64,000 bases of DNA from Lingula anatina (lineage: Eukaryota; Animalia; Brachiopoda), in NCBI GenBank assembly GCA_051362555.1, contig CM120640.1, positions 20,398,001 to 20,462,000 on the forward strand. The letters are read 5' to 3'. Each line of letters starts with the position of its first letter. Within the stretch, counting starts at the first letter, position 1. Shown piece after piece: positions 1 to 37,870 of the stretch. Under the pieces are notes generated by a model. That model had not been told where the DNA came from. It saw only the letters and a list, made by a program, of their open reading frames with translations, and did not search any database. Position numbers and translations under genes: made by a program.

Positions 1-133
1 ATGAAATACCAGATTCAAATAAAGCTATTAGAAAATAACCATATGTTAAAGTGGACAACTTGAATGTTCTCATATCATTTGCACATGTAATGTATACACA
101 AACATACAGTGAGGAGGTAACAAGATGTGTGTG

Positions 134-136
<3 letters not shown>

Positions 137-172
<36 letters not shown>
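137..172. repeat. (GA)n microsatellite
   Basis: Pure GA run; explains the ERERER tract in ORF 51..239. Confidence 0.95.
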
Positions 173-176
<4 letters not shown>

Positions 177-305
177 AGAATTGAACATAGAAGAATTGTG
201 AAAATTTTCATATATTTGAAACTTGAAAACTTGAAATAAAGGCTGCTTCCATTTATGTCAACTCCAAATGCAATTTAACTATAGTGATTAAAACAGTTGT
301 CTAAC

Positions 306-15594
<15,289 letters not shown>

Positions 15595-16000
15595 TTTGGC
15601 ATCATTGCTGCTAGGAAAAAGGCCACCTGAGAGCTGAAAAGAGTATAAAACCATAAGACATACTTTAAACAATGTATATCACAAATTATATATAAGAGAT
15701 CAGCAATCATCTACCTGAGCAAGATGTATAGCAAAAAGATGGCTACAGATATGCAAACAAGATGTATGTAGGTTATATATGTATATTGTCTGGGAGCTGA
15801 TGGAAACAATGTATAGCTGATCTACGTGCACAGATCTTGAGTAGAGCTGTACAGCAATATGAAAATGTAGTCTGTTCGGTATGTAAAGACCAGATATAAA
15901 AATAGTCTTGTTATATATCTCTTTGCTGTCAAGCCAGGTGGCATTTATACGGACATTTGATTTCAATAAACTTTTTAACACTTGTTTCCCAAAAACCATT

Positions 16001-16003
<3 letters not shown>

Positions 16004-16055
<52 letters not shown>
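16004..16055. repeat. (CA)n microsatellite
   Basis: Pure CA run. Confidence 0.95.
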
Positions 16056-16057
<2 letters not shown>

Positions 16058-16940
16058 CTAAGACATAAAACATGAGCTAACATGTTAATTCAGCCTTTGC
16101 ACTTCCCCCTATTCTTCTGCTAAAACTAAGATCAAAATAAATTGCTGTACTATTCTCCTAAAGTCCTTAAGTACTACACAATACTGCTTTGTATAATATC
16201 CTTAACACAGTGCAGCTAACATGACATAAATCAACATTTAAACTTTTTTTTACCCATCTTTGTTCTATCATCTGCCTTGTATCCATGTTTATGTATACAT
16301 CTCCACTACACTGTTTTGCTGATTCACAAATACCAAATCCTCCATAAAAAACATAGATTGCTCGAAAAACACATATCACGTTGATTCACTGAGGTTCTCA
16401 ATGGCTATGTTGAGCATATATGAGCATGCGACCTCCATCCCCCACAGAATCGAGGTCACATGTTAATGTGGAAGGATGGGCGGTAAGCAGTTTACTGTAA
16501 ATAACAGGTTAAAGAATAAGGCAACATTTACCCTGTACTTTTTTTTGTCTACAAATTAATCCATCATAATGAAAACTATGGTTAGACTAATGGTCTTCCG
16601 ATATAATTTTATAATTTAAGAATTCCATATTCCATAGTATCATCCACGCCATTCATAATCTTTTCAGTCTTTAAAAAAGGAACTAGATTCTATGTGACAA
16701 GGGTAAGAGAGCACTCTTATTTCAAAAAGAACTGTGGGTAGCCACACAGGTTTTTCTTGAAAATCTCATCAATTAATCGTCAGCTTTTCACACAGTTTTC
16801 ATCCAGAGGAAGTTCTAATATATTGTAATAGTTAAAATGACTTTGTAATCCCTTGAGATTACTGTACCTGTCACAACTTAATCAGTCCCTTTAAAAGAGA
16901 ACAAGAACTACTGAACTTTTTGAACTTCGTTTTTTTACAA

Positions 16941-17084
16941 AAAATAGTAAGAATATTAAGATAATTTGTTACAAATAAAAACAACATCCCAATAAAGCAT
17001 ATATCTTCAGTTTTTTTATGAAAAATAGTAAGAATATTAAGACAAGATGTCAATAAAAACAGCATCCCAATAAAGCATATCTTC
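16941..17084. repeat. ~80-bp tandem duplication
   Basis: AAAATAGTAAGAATATTAAGA..AATAAAAACA(A/G)CATCCCAATAAAGCATAT occurs twice (16941-17008 and 17021-17084). Confidence 0.85.
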
Positions 17085-17620
17085 CATATACAGGACAAGA
17101 TTCTGCATGTTTGCAGTTTTTTAATATCTGAACTATTTTAAACATATATCATAAATATATATTACTTAACTAATTCACTTATATATTCTTATCCATCTAC
17201 TTCAGGAAACTGCCTTTGAAAAATAAGAAATTTTGTCAAATAACCTGCATCTTCACTGTCAGGATCATATTCCATTTTTGTCCCAACACAAAAGACGAAA
17301 CTTATGATCCAAGAGATCTATTCAAATACTCAGTTACTGCTCTAACTATGGTTTATTATAGGAATAATGTTTAGAGAATTCTTTTATTGGCTACTGTGAT
17401 GTTGATATGTATTTACTCATGAGTCCCCTATTTGATGAATACTTCAATTACATCTTATCAGTATCAATCCATGATGTCAACTACAAAAATGATTACCTTT
17501 ATCTCAAAAGATCTCCTTTAGCTAATCACTGACATAGCAAAAAACATTTTGTATATTTATGAACTATTTAACTAAACTGCTATTTGGCTAATAAATAAAT
17601 AGAAGAAAGTGTGGATGCAG

Positions 17621-17847
17621 TAAACCCGCCCCCCCTTTACACTGGACAATGTCCTTTTATTGTCCTGTTGTACGGCCCTGTTTGAGAGTAAAAAAAATAC
17701 TTTACGTGCTGACAACTGGCTAATCACTGGGCATTCATTTTGCAACCAAAGCAATGCTTGTGCCTCCTTTCTTCGACCGCAGTGAGGTCAGTTTCATGGT
17801 CATACAAAGGACAAAGAAAGGATACCATCCAGTGAAAGGGGGTTTAA
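17621..17847. mobile_element. MITE with ~55-bp imperfect TIRs, PIF/Harbinger-like
   Basis: Left CCCCTTTACACTGGACAATGTCCTTTTATTGTCCTGTTGTA versus reverse complement of the right end CCCCTTTCACTGGATGGTATCCTTTCTTTGTCCTTTGTA. TAA on both sides is a possible TSD. Confidence 0.7.
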
Positions 17848-20555
17848 GGAAATGTACTAGTAAAGCTTTCAATATTCTCAATATTTTATCATGTTATCTG
17901 AAGTTCAGTGAACAGCCTAGCAAGCGTCTGTGCAAATATAAAGAGCTATCCTCCTCTGAGAAGTATAATTGTAAGATGCCTCTTCACTATGGTTAACCAT
18001 CTTCTTCCACCTACTTTCCAGAAACTGTTTTTTATTTTAACAAAATTTTCCAGACAAAAAAATCTTATCATTGGCATAATATTTGATCTACTGCATGCTA
18101 ATTTGAAATACTTATCTTCAACTACATTGCTAGTTGCAGCAGTATAGAATGACAAAAATAAACAATCCTTGACAACTATTGTTTTAAACAAAAAGCAGTT
18201 CATATACATCAACTCCACCTAAAAGTCAGTAGGTACACTTGTCACTGTGCCTCCCCAACAGATGCATATCAGTCACAATCTAAATTAAATGGCAGCACGG
18301 GTTCTAGCTACATGTATTGATGCAGATTAGTCTAATAACAGTTTTATGGACGTATATCATAGACTTTTTTTTGCTAATATAACTATGGGTCAAGCCACAA
18401 TATTCATCTTACAGAAATGTGGTTTTATCAGACATCAGTTTTAAAAATAGGCCACTAATAATGTTAGTCAATTTTTTAAGCAGTGTTTCGCTGTTTCAAT
18501 AGGAGTTACAAAAATTGTGTTTTTTCTTTACCTTGGTTAAGACCCCTAAAAGGATAGTAATAACAGCAAAGTTGAAACCTCTGTTCAGTAAACTTGGGCC
18601 AGCAAATAAACAAAACATCCAAAGGGAGCCATTGTGGTAAACCAATAAAATTAGGCTTAGTTTCAGTCTATATTTATTTGATGGTTTGACAGGAAAATTT
18701 CATCCCCTCTCTTACATCAATATTATCTTTTCAAACCTCCACAGTCTGATTACCATAAATCAAAAAACCATCTTTTTCTGCATTACTTTAAAAAACATTA
18801 CACTAGTACAAAAATAGCATCAACCTTAAAAATACCATAGGTGTATATACAGTAAGCATAAGCACCCTGGATTTCAAGGTCTGTTTAACTGCAATCTAAA
18901 TCCCATGGGCGAAATGGTGACTGCCTTAACTCAGAAACTCAGGGTCAAAGTACCAAACACCAGCCCTATTACCACTCAATTTGTTAACCTACTTCTGTTG
19001 TTTAGACAATAACAGATATTTCAGACAATTCTTTGGATCTGATTACAAGGCCAAGATAGTGATTAAAACCTGCCTCCACCCAACTCCACCCATTATATTT
19101 AACAGCAACAGAGAGAGATGAGTCAGGCCACTATGGAGTATGAAATCCAACTCTGATTATAATCAGATAAATTTTAAAAATCATAAATGATACTGTGAGA
19201 ATATTAAAACATCTAGGAGGATCTAGATGTTAAGTAATTATAAGTATGGTCAAATTCTATGAAAAATCTTATATCAAACAGACTCATGACACAAGAGAGG
19301 CGATAATGACCTTGTGTGATAAAACAAATTCTAAATAGCTCATGTAACCTATTTACATTGCAAAAAGTGGTTAGCATAGAGCACATCTTTACAGATTTTA
19401 TCTAGGACATTGGTCAATGATACAAGGTCAGGTGCCTAACATGTGCTGCAACATTTGACCTGTAGCATGAACCTGCTGCCATCTATCATTGAAGGCATAC
19501 AGCAGGCTAATTTGTCACTTTCTTAGTGATAGGCTTCACTAATACCCCAAAATATATTGCATCCCTTAAAGTACTATAATAAGGACAAAATTCCAAAAAT
19601 CCTAAAAAATTATCAATACAGGAATTATGGGTTTGGAACTCAGTATAGTCATGATTGCTAGACATTAGAAAATTGCTGAGAGCCCTAGAAAATTTTCTCT
19701 CTGAAATCCCATAAATGGGACCTGTGCTTATATATGAATTCAATCATTTTACATGCTATCTTGACGGTATTCTCGAGGTGATTTTCAAGCCAAATCTATA
19801 TAAGTGAGAGAAGAGTTTCATTAGCTCTGTATTTTATAAGCTCTTGATAAAAAGAAAAACAATAATTTAAATCAAATCTATATATATTGAGAAAAAAACA
19901 TCTGCTCAAGAATTTTTGTGTAGCACATCTCACATCTTGGAAATAATGTTTTATTAATTCCATTTATTAATAAATAATAAAGTTGGGGCTGTTCAACTGT
20001 ATACGTCTGGTCATACCCTCTACATTTAGATCACCATACATGTAGACGTCCAAACATTTCAGATGAAAACATTTATTTGAGGGATTTTGCCATTTATAAA
20101 GTCTTAATTGGGAAATATAAGTAGCTCTGCAGGTACTTAGACATAAAAATACGACTCTCTGATATTTTTCAAATACGTTTTAATAAGACAAAAGTCAAAA
20201 TATTTATCGTTGACATATATAATAAGATATCAGTGATTATTCGTTTACATTAAAATATCAAATAAGACGAACACAAAAATGTACACTGTGCATCCATAGC
20301 CGCATAGACAAAAGTATAAAATAAACTTATAAAGCATCAAAGACACCTGTCAAAGTGTCGGTAAGGTCCAAGTACCCGCGGTCTTTTCGTCCCTAGCATA
20401 ATCAAGCTCGTGACCTACTTTCAGCCCAGCAAGTTCGGATAACACCAGACACATACAAAGCATGCTACTACTACTTGCAAGAATGCAATCAACAAAAATT
20501 CTAGGTCACGTTAACAGGGAAGAGTTATTTTGCTCTCACACTAAACGATTCTTAC

Positions 20556-20700
20556 CTTTTCTGTCTCTGAACAAGAAAATCAACGAATGTTATTGCAAGA
20601 ATTTGCACATCGGCCGTTCCTCTGGAGTTAATCGCGGAAGGTCATCTCCAGGTCAATTTTAAAGATATTTCAAGATTTCATGTAAAATCTCCAATATAAT
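20556..20700 (-). other. Putative non-coding first exon of the MAP3K gene
   Basis: Strong minus-strand donor AAG|GTAAG at 20556/20555, inside the CpG-rich island next to the HGD start. The first coding exon has an acceptor at 15633 upstream of its ATG, so an upstream exon is needed. Upper boundary is a guess. Confidence 0.5.
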
Positions 20701-20804
20701 AAAAATACACTTGTAAAACCGAAGAAATGTTTCCTGCATTCGAGTTTGATGCTTTTTGATCTCACAAGATGGTCTCGGATGCTAGAGACTACAGACCATC
20801 AAAG

Positions 20805-20811
<7 letters not shown>
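20700..20811. promoter_or_regulatory. Candidate bidirectional promoter MAP3K(-)/HGD(+)
   Basis: Locally CpG-rich region between two divergent first exons. YY1-type AAGATGGCGG (20802-20811) overlaps the HGD ATG. Confidence 0.5.
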
Positions 20812-30528
<9,717 letters not shown>

Positions 30529-31141
30529 TTTATTTTATTTATTCCGTTCAATGTTTTTAGCATATGTTTGTGGTTTGTGTGGTGTGTAATGACTTGTGTC
30601 TTTGCCTTCATCAACTTTGAAAATGTTTTCTTATCAATTACTACTGGTAACAGCCTTTTTTATTACCATATTGCTTCCTCATTGGGTCCTGCACAAATAG
30701 CAACGATGAAATTTCAACCTGGATGAAAGTTCACTAAGAATTTTAGGATGTACACCAATAAAAAAAACAGTGGAAATTAATGATATGAGATGGACATTAC
30801 TTCTGACAGCTTGGCAGATCTGGATATGACACCATTCAGAATGATTTAAACAAATATTGTATAGCTCGGAATAAAGGAAGTATATACACTGCAATTCCTT
30901 TCTGAAATAAAAAAATATATATTTTTTGAAAAACAGGCTGAATGTGGTTTGTGTTCCATGACTCTGGCAAGGATTGTGTTAGACATGCATTACCTGAGAG
31001 TCGGATGTGCTCACTATTATTCATTTACAGCTGAACTGGTTTTTGCCACAATAACCATCTGTACAGTTTGATAACTGACATCTGATGAGGTCTCAAAACT
31101 GCGACTTTTTCCTATTATTCTTATTGCTGATAAATGGTGCA

Positions 31142-31143
<2 letters not shown>

Positions 31144-31202
<59 letters not shown>
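31144..31202. repeat. (TA)n microsatellite
   Basis: Pure TA run. Confidence 0.95.
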
Positions 31203-31205
<3 letters not shown>

Positions 31206-32781
31206 TACTGTTAAATTGATATGATATTTCAGTCAGAATATTTTTAACTTGAATCATAGCTGAATAGAGATCTCTGCCTTAAATAGACTTTATGATAACG
31301 AAGAATGATGGGAAGTCTGCAATTCAGGGTCTTCAATTTTTCCCAGAGATATTTATGCCCCTGGATATACTTGATCTGAGTAATTAGGTTCTTATTTGCC
31401 CAGACCTGTTTTTGTAAGCCTTACCTGATAACACATAATTTGATATACTTTTTCCAAAAATGAGTTGATACTTTATCCAAAAATAATGATTGGAGTTTGA
31501 GGTTATTTCTATCATGATTTAATCAAATTGTGATTAGTAGTATTTTTTTTTTCATTAGAGAGACAGCTGATGGAGAGACACCAAAAAAAATGCCATCAAG
31601 GGGTGTAGTCGGTTCTACAGTGACTCCAAGTAAGACATACTCTTTTTAATAGAAGCTGGAAGGAAATGAAGGTGGTGGAGTGACGGCTCGTGGAACATTA
31701 GAGCTGCTGCTGAAAATGACACTTTTGCTTATAAAATGGAATATTCGGGGGCACTGTAGACGTCTACATTTGAGGACAGATTTAATAAGAAGTTTCTTTT
31801 TTTTCATCATAATTGTATATCCACCTGCTTCCTCATTTTATTTGTCATTTCTATTCTCCAGATGCAGAGTTTGGCTTTTTTGTTCAGAAGGTTTAAAGCC
31901 ATGCTATTTTCTTACAAAATAATTTTAGATTGGCAGATTTTTTTTAATGGAAGTTGGAGTAAGGACACCCCCCCCCCCCCCCCCCCCCAAAGATCTTGAC
32001 AGTTTGGTTTATTAAAAAAAAAAAGGTAAAATTAGGACTCTGAAACATTTCCTAGTTAACACCAACGGGGCTGTACAGAGAGTTTTTTTGTTTTTTTTTT
32101 TCACTTTTTCATATATCTGGATGATTTCTTAACATTTTTAAAATAACAAAGGATCTGTATTTAAGTATGTTTTTGAAGAGTTTTTTTTTTTTTGTGATCT
32201 CAGTCTTCCTTGTCTGATGAAAACTGCACACGTGTGACCAATTTACAATTGATGCAATTTTTTGATGTTAGTCAAGTGCACAAACCTGTTTTCAAATTTA
32301 TGTATTTACTCATTATTATTATTATTTTTATTAAGAAAACAATTGATGTGTCAACCTTTCCTTTGCAAAACATTCTTATCAAATTGTGGATTGGTTGAAT
32401 AGGCATCTTTTATTTGTACAACATTATATTATTGGGATTTCATAAGGCAGCTTGGTTATATATATGTGTGTGTATGTGTATGATATGATTTTAAGCCAGT
32501 TATCCACATGATATTAAAGTGAACGTGAAATAGGTTTGGTGAGATATTGTTGTAATTGGAGAAGGGAACAAATTATTTTAAAGTAAGTATTACAGATATA
32601 ATAGATACAATGCAAAATGCGTATGGTGTATGCATGTTTTTATGTTATATTATTACTGAAGAGGTCATATGGTGTCTAGCACAAGAGTATTAAGGCACAT
32701 GTAGGACTTGAAGTGTATTTTATTTAAATTGTCTTTAATAACTCAAGTTGCACAGTGTTATTGAATGGGTTTTATCTTACG

Positions 32782-33355
32782 CATTCTATAAAAATATTTT
32801 TTGAAAAAAAAATGGGATGCATAAATACCTTTTACCTTTTACCTTGCAGTAGTAAAAACCAAATCACTTGTAAGTAATGGCATACATGTCTTTTATGAGA
32901 GTTTTTATCATTCTGCAGTTTTTTGTTTTGGAAGTGGTTTTGTAAGTCATGTATGCTGACTTTATTAACTGTGGTGTCTTGTTGGATCATGGGCTGATAC
33001 CTATGGTTAATGCCTAGAATGGTGCAGTTGAGTTTTATCATTTTATTAAAGCGTATTATGAAACTTGTTCTCGTTTTGACTTTAAATCATTCTATAAATA
33101 TATTTTTGAAGAAAACATTGGAAATATAAATAGGTTCTACAGGATGCAGTAGTAAAAGCCAAATAACTTCAAAGTAATGACATACTTGTTTTGAATGAGT
33201 TTTTATCATTCTGCAGTTCTTGTTTTGGAAGTGGTTAAATATTTGACTATTAACTATAGTGTCTTATTGGATCATGGGCTGATATTTTTTGTTAATGCCT
33301 ATAATGGTGCAGTTGAGTTTTATCGATTTTATTAAAGCGTATTATGAAAATTGTT
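32782..33355. repeat. Diverged ~300-bp tandem duplication
   Basis: Blocks CATTCTATAAA, TGCAGTAGTAAAA, TTTTATCATTCTGCAGTT, TTGGATCATGGGCTGATA, GTTAATGCCTA, TTTTATTAAAGCGTATTATGAAA recur in the same order at 32782-33070 and 33088-33355. Confidence 0.9.
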
Positions 33356-33720
33356 TTTGCTCTGTGTTTTATTACAATGAAACGGAAGTAAAGTATGTTT
33401 TAAATGTATGTTTCTGTTTAATTCACCTTTTTAAAATTTTTGTTAAAGCAAGTAGCCATGGGTGCAGATATGGAGTTTTGCCAAAAAAATGTCTGATATA
33501 CGCTTTGACTGAAACAAAATTTGAAAAGTAAATCTAAACAATAACAAAAAAGACCTATTCTCCCCAATTTGTCTAAAAACGGTACAATTTTAAGTTGTTA
33601 TTTTACAGGGCGAATTCCCAAGGAGTTGGAACTCCTTGGTTTTATTGTATCAATATCCATGCATGCATATTTTGAGCAAGGTTTTGATTTAACTGTTTGA
33701 AAAGAATGAAGCATCCGTTT

Positions 33721-33950
33721 TAGGGTGCATTCCCAGAGATTCAGAACGATCCAGAGATTAAGATTTAGATCGACCTAACTCCCTGGGGGTTCACGCTAAA
33801 TTGCAGTCAGCCGAGCGCGCACCATAGTTAATTACCCCCTTACAGCTTTTAGTAGGCGGGACAGACGCCTAAGCCGGCTAAGCTGACAGTAATCTAGTGA
33901 GACTTCCCACAGGGATAGATCTATCTAAAATCTATAGGAATGGGGTCTTA
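33721..33950. mobile_element. Old MITE-like palindromic element (Harbinger/Tourist-like)
   Basis: Imperfect ~50-bp inverted arms 33761-33811 versus 33882-33933 (AGATTT.AGAT..CCCTG..GTCAGC). Outer TAGGGTGCATTCC versus reverse complement TAAGACCCCATTCC. Confidence 0.55.
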
Positions 33951-34743
33951 AACACACTTTGGCTTTAAATATAAAGACAGACGTGTGGATTTTTGCACAA
34001 AATTGCATTCAAAACGACACCCGAACTCGTTGCCTGTACGCACGCAACCTCAACGACTTTCTCCTTTCTTTCTGAACACTGTATCTAAACTTGTTATCTA
34101 GAGTTCTTTCAAAAATAACTGTCGGTCTAAAGGAAGTCCTCTTCCATGTCTCGAAACTATATAACTCCGAGGGTGTGTGCGTGATCGCCTATACATTGAC
34201 TTCGCGATGGTTCAATTAAGAAATATATTGACAAAATAGGAAAATGTGGCTCTTTCGCCAGGTGACACCTTGAGCTTAACAAAAACTACGCATTTTATGC
34301 AATGTGTTTTTAAAATGAATAATATAACAGTGTTAAGTTATTTTTGATGATCTAAAGTTTTGAATTTCTACTTGGCTTTGCAAGTCTGAAACAAACAACT
34401 CCAGAGAATTATTATCAAAATATATCGCAATACTAGTAAAACTGAATCGTATTTTTAATCCACATGATTGATTCGCAGAGAAAATACATAAATTTGCATC
34501 GGTAGCCTATAAGATCACTGCTTTCTCATTCCGATAAACTACAATAAATAAGTGTGGGTTATAGTTATTGTTAACGTTCCCATGTTCTCAAAATAGAACT
34601 GCAAATTATTATTAAAGTTGTCTGAAAACGTTGATTAAATTAACTTTCTTTAATTTACTACTAAAAGAGGCCAGTTTCTTTGATTGATATATATACCGCC
34701 TCCACTGATAAGGAAAGGCTTTAAAAGGTCTGTTTAATGCGTT

Positions 34744-35445
34744 TCAATCTCGTTTTTGTCCTGGAAGATTCACTGGTGGAAGATGCTTGCGCATGTGCAA
34801 AATATCACACGGGCGCGAAAACTTATCCTTTGTCTGCAAAGTTGCTGCCATGGCAGAATTTCGCCTTATTCGAGACATCTGAAGGGGCATTTGAGAAGGG
34901 AGTTCTGTGATTGTTTCTACAGTGGTGCTCCAACGTCTTGGAAAAGCCATAACGGGGGGAAGAAGATAACAGTCATCGTTTTCATCATCGTCTGCTCCTT
35001 TTGTTTCAAATTTGCCATATGAATCGTTTGCATCGTACTCGTTTGTTGGCATTTCTTTAGATTCTTTCACAAATTTGTCAAAGCCGGCTTGAATTTCTGT
35101 TGGATTTGATATTTGTGGAATTGGCATTCGGTCAACAGGGTCTGGTTGTTTTAACGAGTATTTATCGAGTCTATTTTTCTTATCGGCTTGCCATTTTGAA
35201 CGGGAGTCATCAGTCAGTTTTTTCAACCCTTCTCCCTTTAGATCTGGTGACAGGTGTTCTAGTCCTTGCTTATTGTTTCGATAATAAGTTAAGTCGTAGG
35301 TACATTCCAGGCGTTTTTTGGTGAAGTTCTTGAGTTCTTTATCCCGCTGTTGGTCAAGGGAGTCCCACTGAGATACCAATCGCTGCTGATGACGGACATT
35401 ACGAAGAGACGCACCAGTCATTTGATCTATCTTTTTCCTGTGCAT
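34744..35445 (-). CDS. Uncharacterised ~233-aa protein, single coding exon; N-terminal predicted helix/coiled coil, weakly CCDC190-like
   Basis: Longest ORF in the window, with protein-like composition. A polypyrimidine tract plus TGCAG acceptor (35457/35456) lies just upstream of ACCATG at 35445, so MHRKKID is a better start than the one in the ORF track. Confidence 0.7.
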   Translation of the reverse strand: MHRKKIDQMTGASLRNVRHQQRLVSQWDSLDQQRDKELKNFTKKRLECTYDLTYYRNNKQGLEHLSPDLKGEGLKKLTDDSRSKWQADKKNRLDKYSLKQPDPVDRMPIPQISNPTEIQAGFDKFVKESKEMPTNEYDANDSYGKFETKGADDDENDDCYLLPPVMAFPRRWSTTVETITELPSQMPLQMSRIRRNSAMAATLQTKDKFSRPCDILHMRKHLPPVNLPGQKRD

Positions 35446-37825
35446 GGTTTCATGGCTGCAAAGAAGTAAAAAGGGGGTATACAAAGTCACCTGCTTTAGA
35501 ATAACACTAATTATCTAAAGCCTTTAGATCTGTTTTCATCACTTTTATATCTCCTGGTTCAAAAAGTTCAAACCACGTAAGTACCTTCATTTTTCAAAAT
35601 AGGTTATCGTGCGCGCGCTGAAAAGCAATAACTTCTAATTTTCTAATCACGAGCGTCGACTTAGGCCTACTTTCTAAAAGAATATGCAGTCACATCCGTA
35701 TCACTAAGTTCTTTGTAACCAATGAAAATCATCAAGAGGTGGATATAAGCTATACATTATTATGCCAATTTGATTTTCTGATTAAATAAAACTAAAATAA
35801 AGCTGAAACACTCGAGGTCCCATGAAGTAGCTTACTTTTCAAACGCTTTACCTTCGGAAGTGCATGCAACACTTGTCAAAATTAAACCCCATCATTATCT
35901 TTAATATTAAGTGCACTTATAATGTCAACTGCATTTATCACCTAAATAATATCATAAGTATGGGATTTTTAATGTACCATTTAATCATCTTTTATATTAA
36001 CCTACAGCGGGAGCAAACGTTCACGGCAACGCAAAATTCCCAATCAAGCCACATCACCACTCTCTGTTGACACGAACGCTATATCTTGAAGGGAAGATTA
36101 AGTCCCTGAATCACTGGTTCATTTCAAATGGTGATATTCTTAATTAAATACAATGTCACCTAAAAAGTCTAATACTTACGAAACGTGTCTTTCTCGATTT
36201 GAGACCCTCGGTAATTTTGAATTCGGTGCGGATTAATTGTTGCTATAGCATGGAAGACTGCGACTAGGTTTGATTCAAGTTTTATCACGTCTTTGGTGAG
36301 ACCTGTTGCAACATAAAACATTGATTATTTATTTGAAGGTTATGCAAGTTATACCAAGCAATTGGCTTGGCATTAGTAGTTCTTATAACAACGTTATCTT
36401 CGGCACCTTTCACGCTTCACGAGATAAATCCCCATTTGATTTGTGTGCTCAAAACGCATGACGTTCTCTTTTTTCTTCCTGGCAAACATTCATTCCGGCG
36501 TTAATTCTTAAATGACCGGATTTAATCTCTTGACTCTGCTATAAGGTTTAATAGAATTACAGAAGTCAATTGGTCACCGTCTGTAGATTACAGCCTCGAG
36601 ATTGTCGCCTCAGAAACAGTAAAGCAGATTGCTCGTTTCAAGACTCACCCTGTAAAACGGCACCCCTGCAACCCTTAGTCCCTCTTCATTAAAGGGGTGT
36701 ACTCAGTATAAAAGCGTTCTTATTCTTCCATGGCATTGGATAAACTGGACTTAAGGTGCCAAAAAAGATGATTAAAAACAGAATTGAAGCCACCCTGTGG
36801 TCTCACAATCGAGTCACAAATAAGGTCATATATTGACCAGGTTTTGTATAGAAATTGATTTTTGGCGCACTGTTTTTATCAAAGGTGCCAATATATAAGG
36901 TTCAGTGGTTTTTGTAGTATTCAGAATACTAATAGTGTTAGGTAATGAGACGACACGTACGGTATTTCATCAATAAGCCAGTCATTCGATACCGATCAAT
37001 CAAACGGTTATTAGGATATGCAATTATAATCCCTCTCCTCCGAATACTAATGAACTGGTGTAGGGTTGATATGGATAAGATATACAGTGTATGTCTTTCT
37101 GAGCAAAGTGACACTATGTAGCATTCTGCGCTATATATATATATATATATAAACAGCCAGCATGTAAATATTTTGCCTTGACCATGCAATAGATGAACTA
37201 TATATAGCATTTGATATTCTTATTTCATTTCTCTGTTATCAACTAGATGCGGAAGACTGGGGGGTACTACTGTACAGAAACATTTTCAAATCTGACGTGC
37301 ACTCCGTGCAGGGATACACCATTTTGCACATGTTGTATACACGTGTCTCTTGAATCATACTACCAATATGCAATAATGCCATCCAACGTGTATGATAAAT
37401 GTTCGTTATTATCAGCGTTTGTTAATAACTTTTTGCAAAGTTGAGCCTTCTTAACCAGTGCACAGGCCTATCCGAAGCACCGCTGAATCAAGTTTCGGTT
37501 TAGTCTTCTCTACTGCAATCACTTGACCTTTCGCCGCCGTTAATTTGAAATCGAATAAACCAGTGTACGAAATGACGGTAGGGAAGGGGAATTATCAATA
37601 ATATCTAAGTAACACGGTCTACATACATTAAGTGTATTTCTTTCCCACTGAAGAAAAATTTAACGTTTTATTATTGTTTTTTTACTAATACCATTTATAA
37701 TTTATTTTTTAATAACTCCATACCAAATAAACGTAGTATCGCCATTGGATCTATTGGCGGTTGAATTAAAATCTGCTTGTGCAGAGCTGGGGTGATTGCC
37801 CAACATATTTCACAACATTTATACA

Positions 37826-37830
<5 letters not shown>

Positions 37831-37869
<39 letters not shown>
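37831..37869. repeat. (GA)n microsatellite
   Basis: Pure GA run. Confidence 0.95.

Positions 37870-37870
<1 letters not shown>

Noticed and set aside
20788-20800. ACTACA resembling the ZNF143/THAP11 bidirectional-promoter motif
   Set aside because: The required downstream TCCC half is missing.
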